DNA of 35,696 nucleotides, taken from Nemertoderma westbladi. Taxonomy: Eukaryota; Animalia; Xenacoelomorpha. Both the position numbers and the translations under genes were made by a program. The stretch is from the NCBI GenBank assembly GCA_032718475.1, contig JAUCBJ010004075.1, positions 1 to 35,696 of the forward strand, read 5' to 3'. The notes under the pieces were generated by a model. It saw only the letters and a list, made by a program, of their open reading frames with translations. It was not told the DNA's origin and searched no databases. Positions 35,367 to 35,696 of this stretch are shown in pieces. Within the stretch, counting starts at the first letter, position 1. The number at the start of each line of letters is the position of its first letter.

Positions 35367-35696
35367 CAGATATACTGATGGACCTCGCAGATGTAACAGA
35401 TATACTGATGGACCTCGCAGATGTAACAGATATACTGATGGACCTCGCAGATGTAACAGATATACTGATGGACCTCGCAGATGTAACAGATATACTGATG
35501 GACCTCGCAGATGTAACAGATATACTGATGGACCTCGCAGATGTAACAGATATACTGATGGACCTCGCAGATGTAACAGATATACTGATGGACCTCGCAG
35601 ATGTAACAGATATACTGATGGACCTCGCAGATGTAACAGATATACTGATGGACCTCGCAGATGTAACAGATATACTGATGGACCTCGCAGATGTAA
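35367..35696. repeat. Perfect minisatellite, 30 bp x 11, running off the window edge
   Basis: CAGATATACTGATGGACCTCGCAGATGTAA repeated. Confidence 0.98.

Noticed and set aside
35367-35696. Hammerhead ribozyme tandem (CTGATG)
   Set aside because: Core is CTGATGG, not CTGANGA, and no GAAA box or stems are present.

Overview
AT-rich, repeat-dense animal (invertebrate-like) genomic DNA; nothing prokaryotic. One credible host gene: an intronless minus-strand ORF (23942-24595) encoding a secreted, 10-Cys Ly6/uPAR (three-finger)-like protein with a Ser/Thr stalk and a GPI-type tail. The rest is a layered set of mobile elements: two families of RTE-clade LINEs with (TAG)n tails, the 5' part of a CRE-clade (RLE) non-LTR element, tRNA-derived SINEs (two with a Nin/Deu core), two 9-bp-TSD Mutator-like elements, TA-flanked MITE/foldback elements, Helitron-like 3' ends and possible LTR-like blocks. 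Five minisatellite arrays are present; four have hairpin-bearing units and one has an ABC higher-order structure. Likely transposon excision footprints (TACAGTA, TAGGCCTA, TACCGGTA) are also visible. All family calls come from motif recognition by eye, not from database searches. I found no clearly novel multi-gene system.
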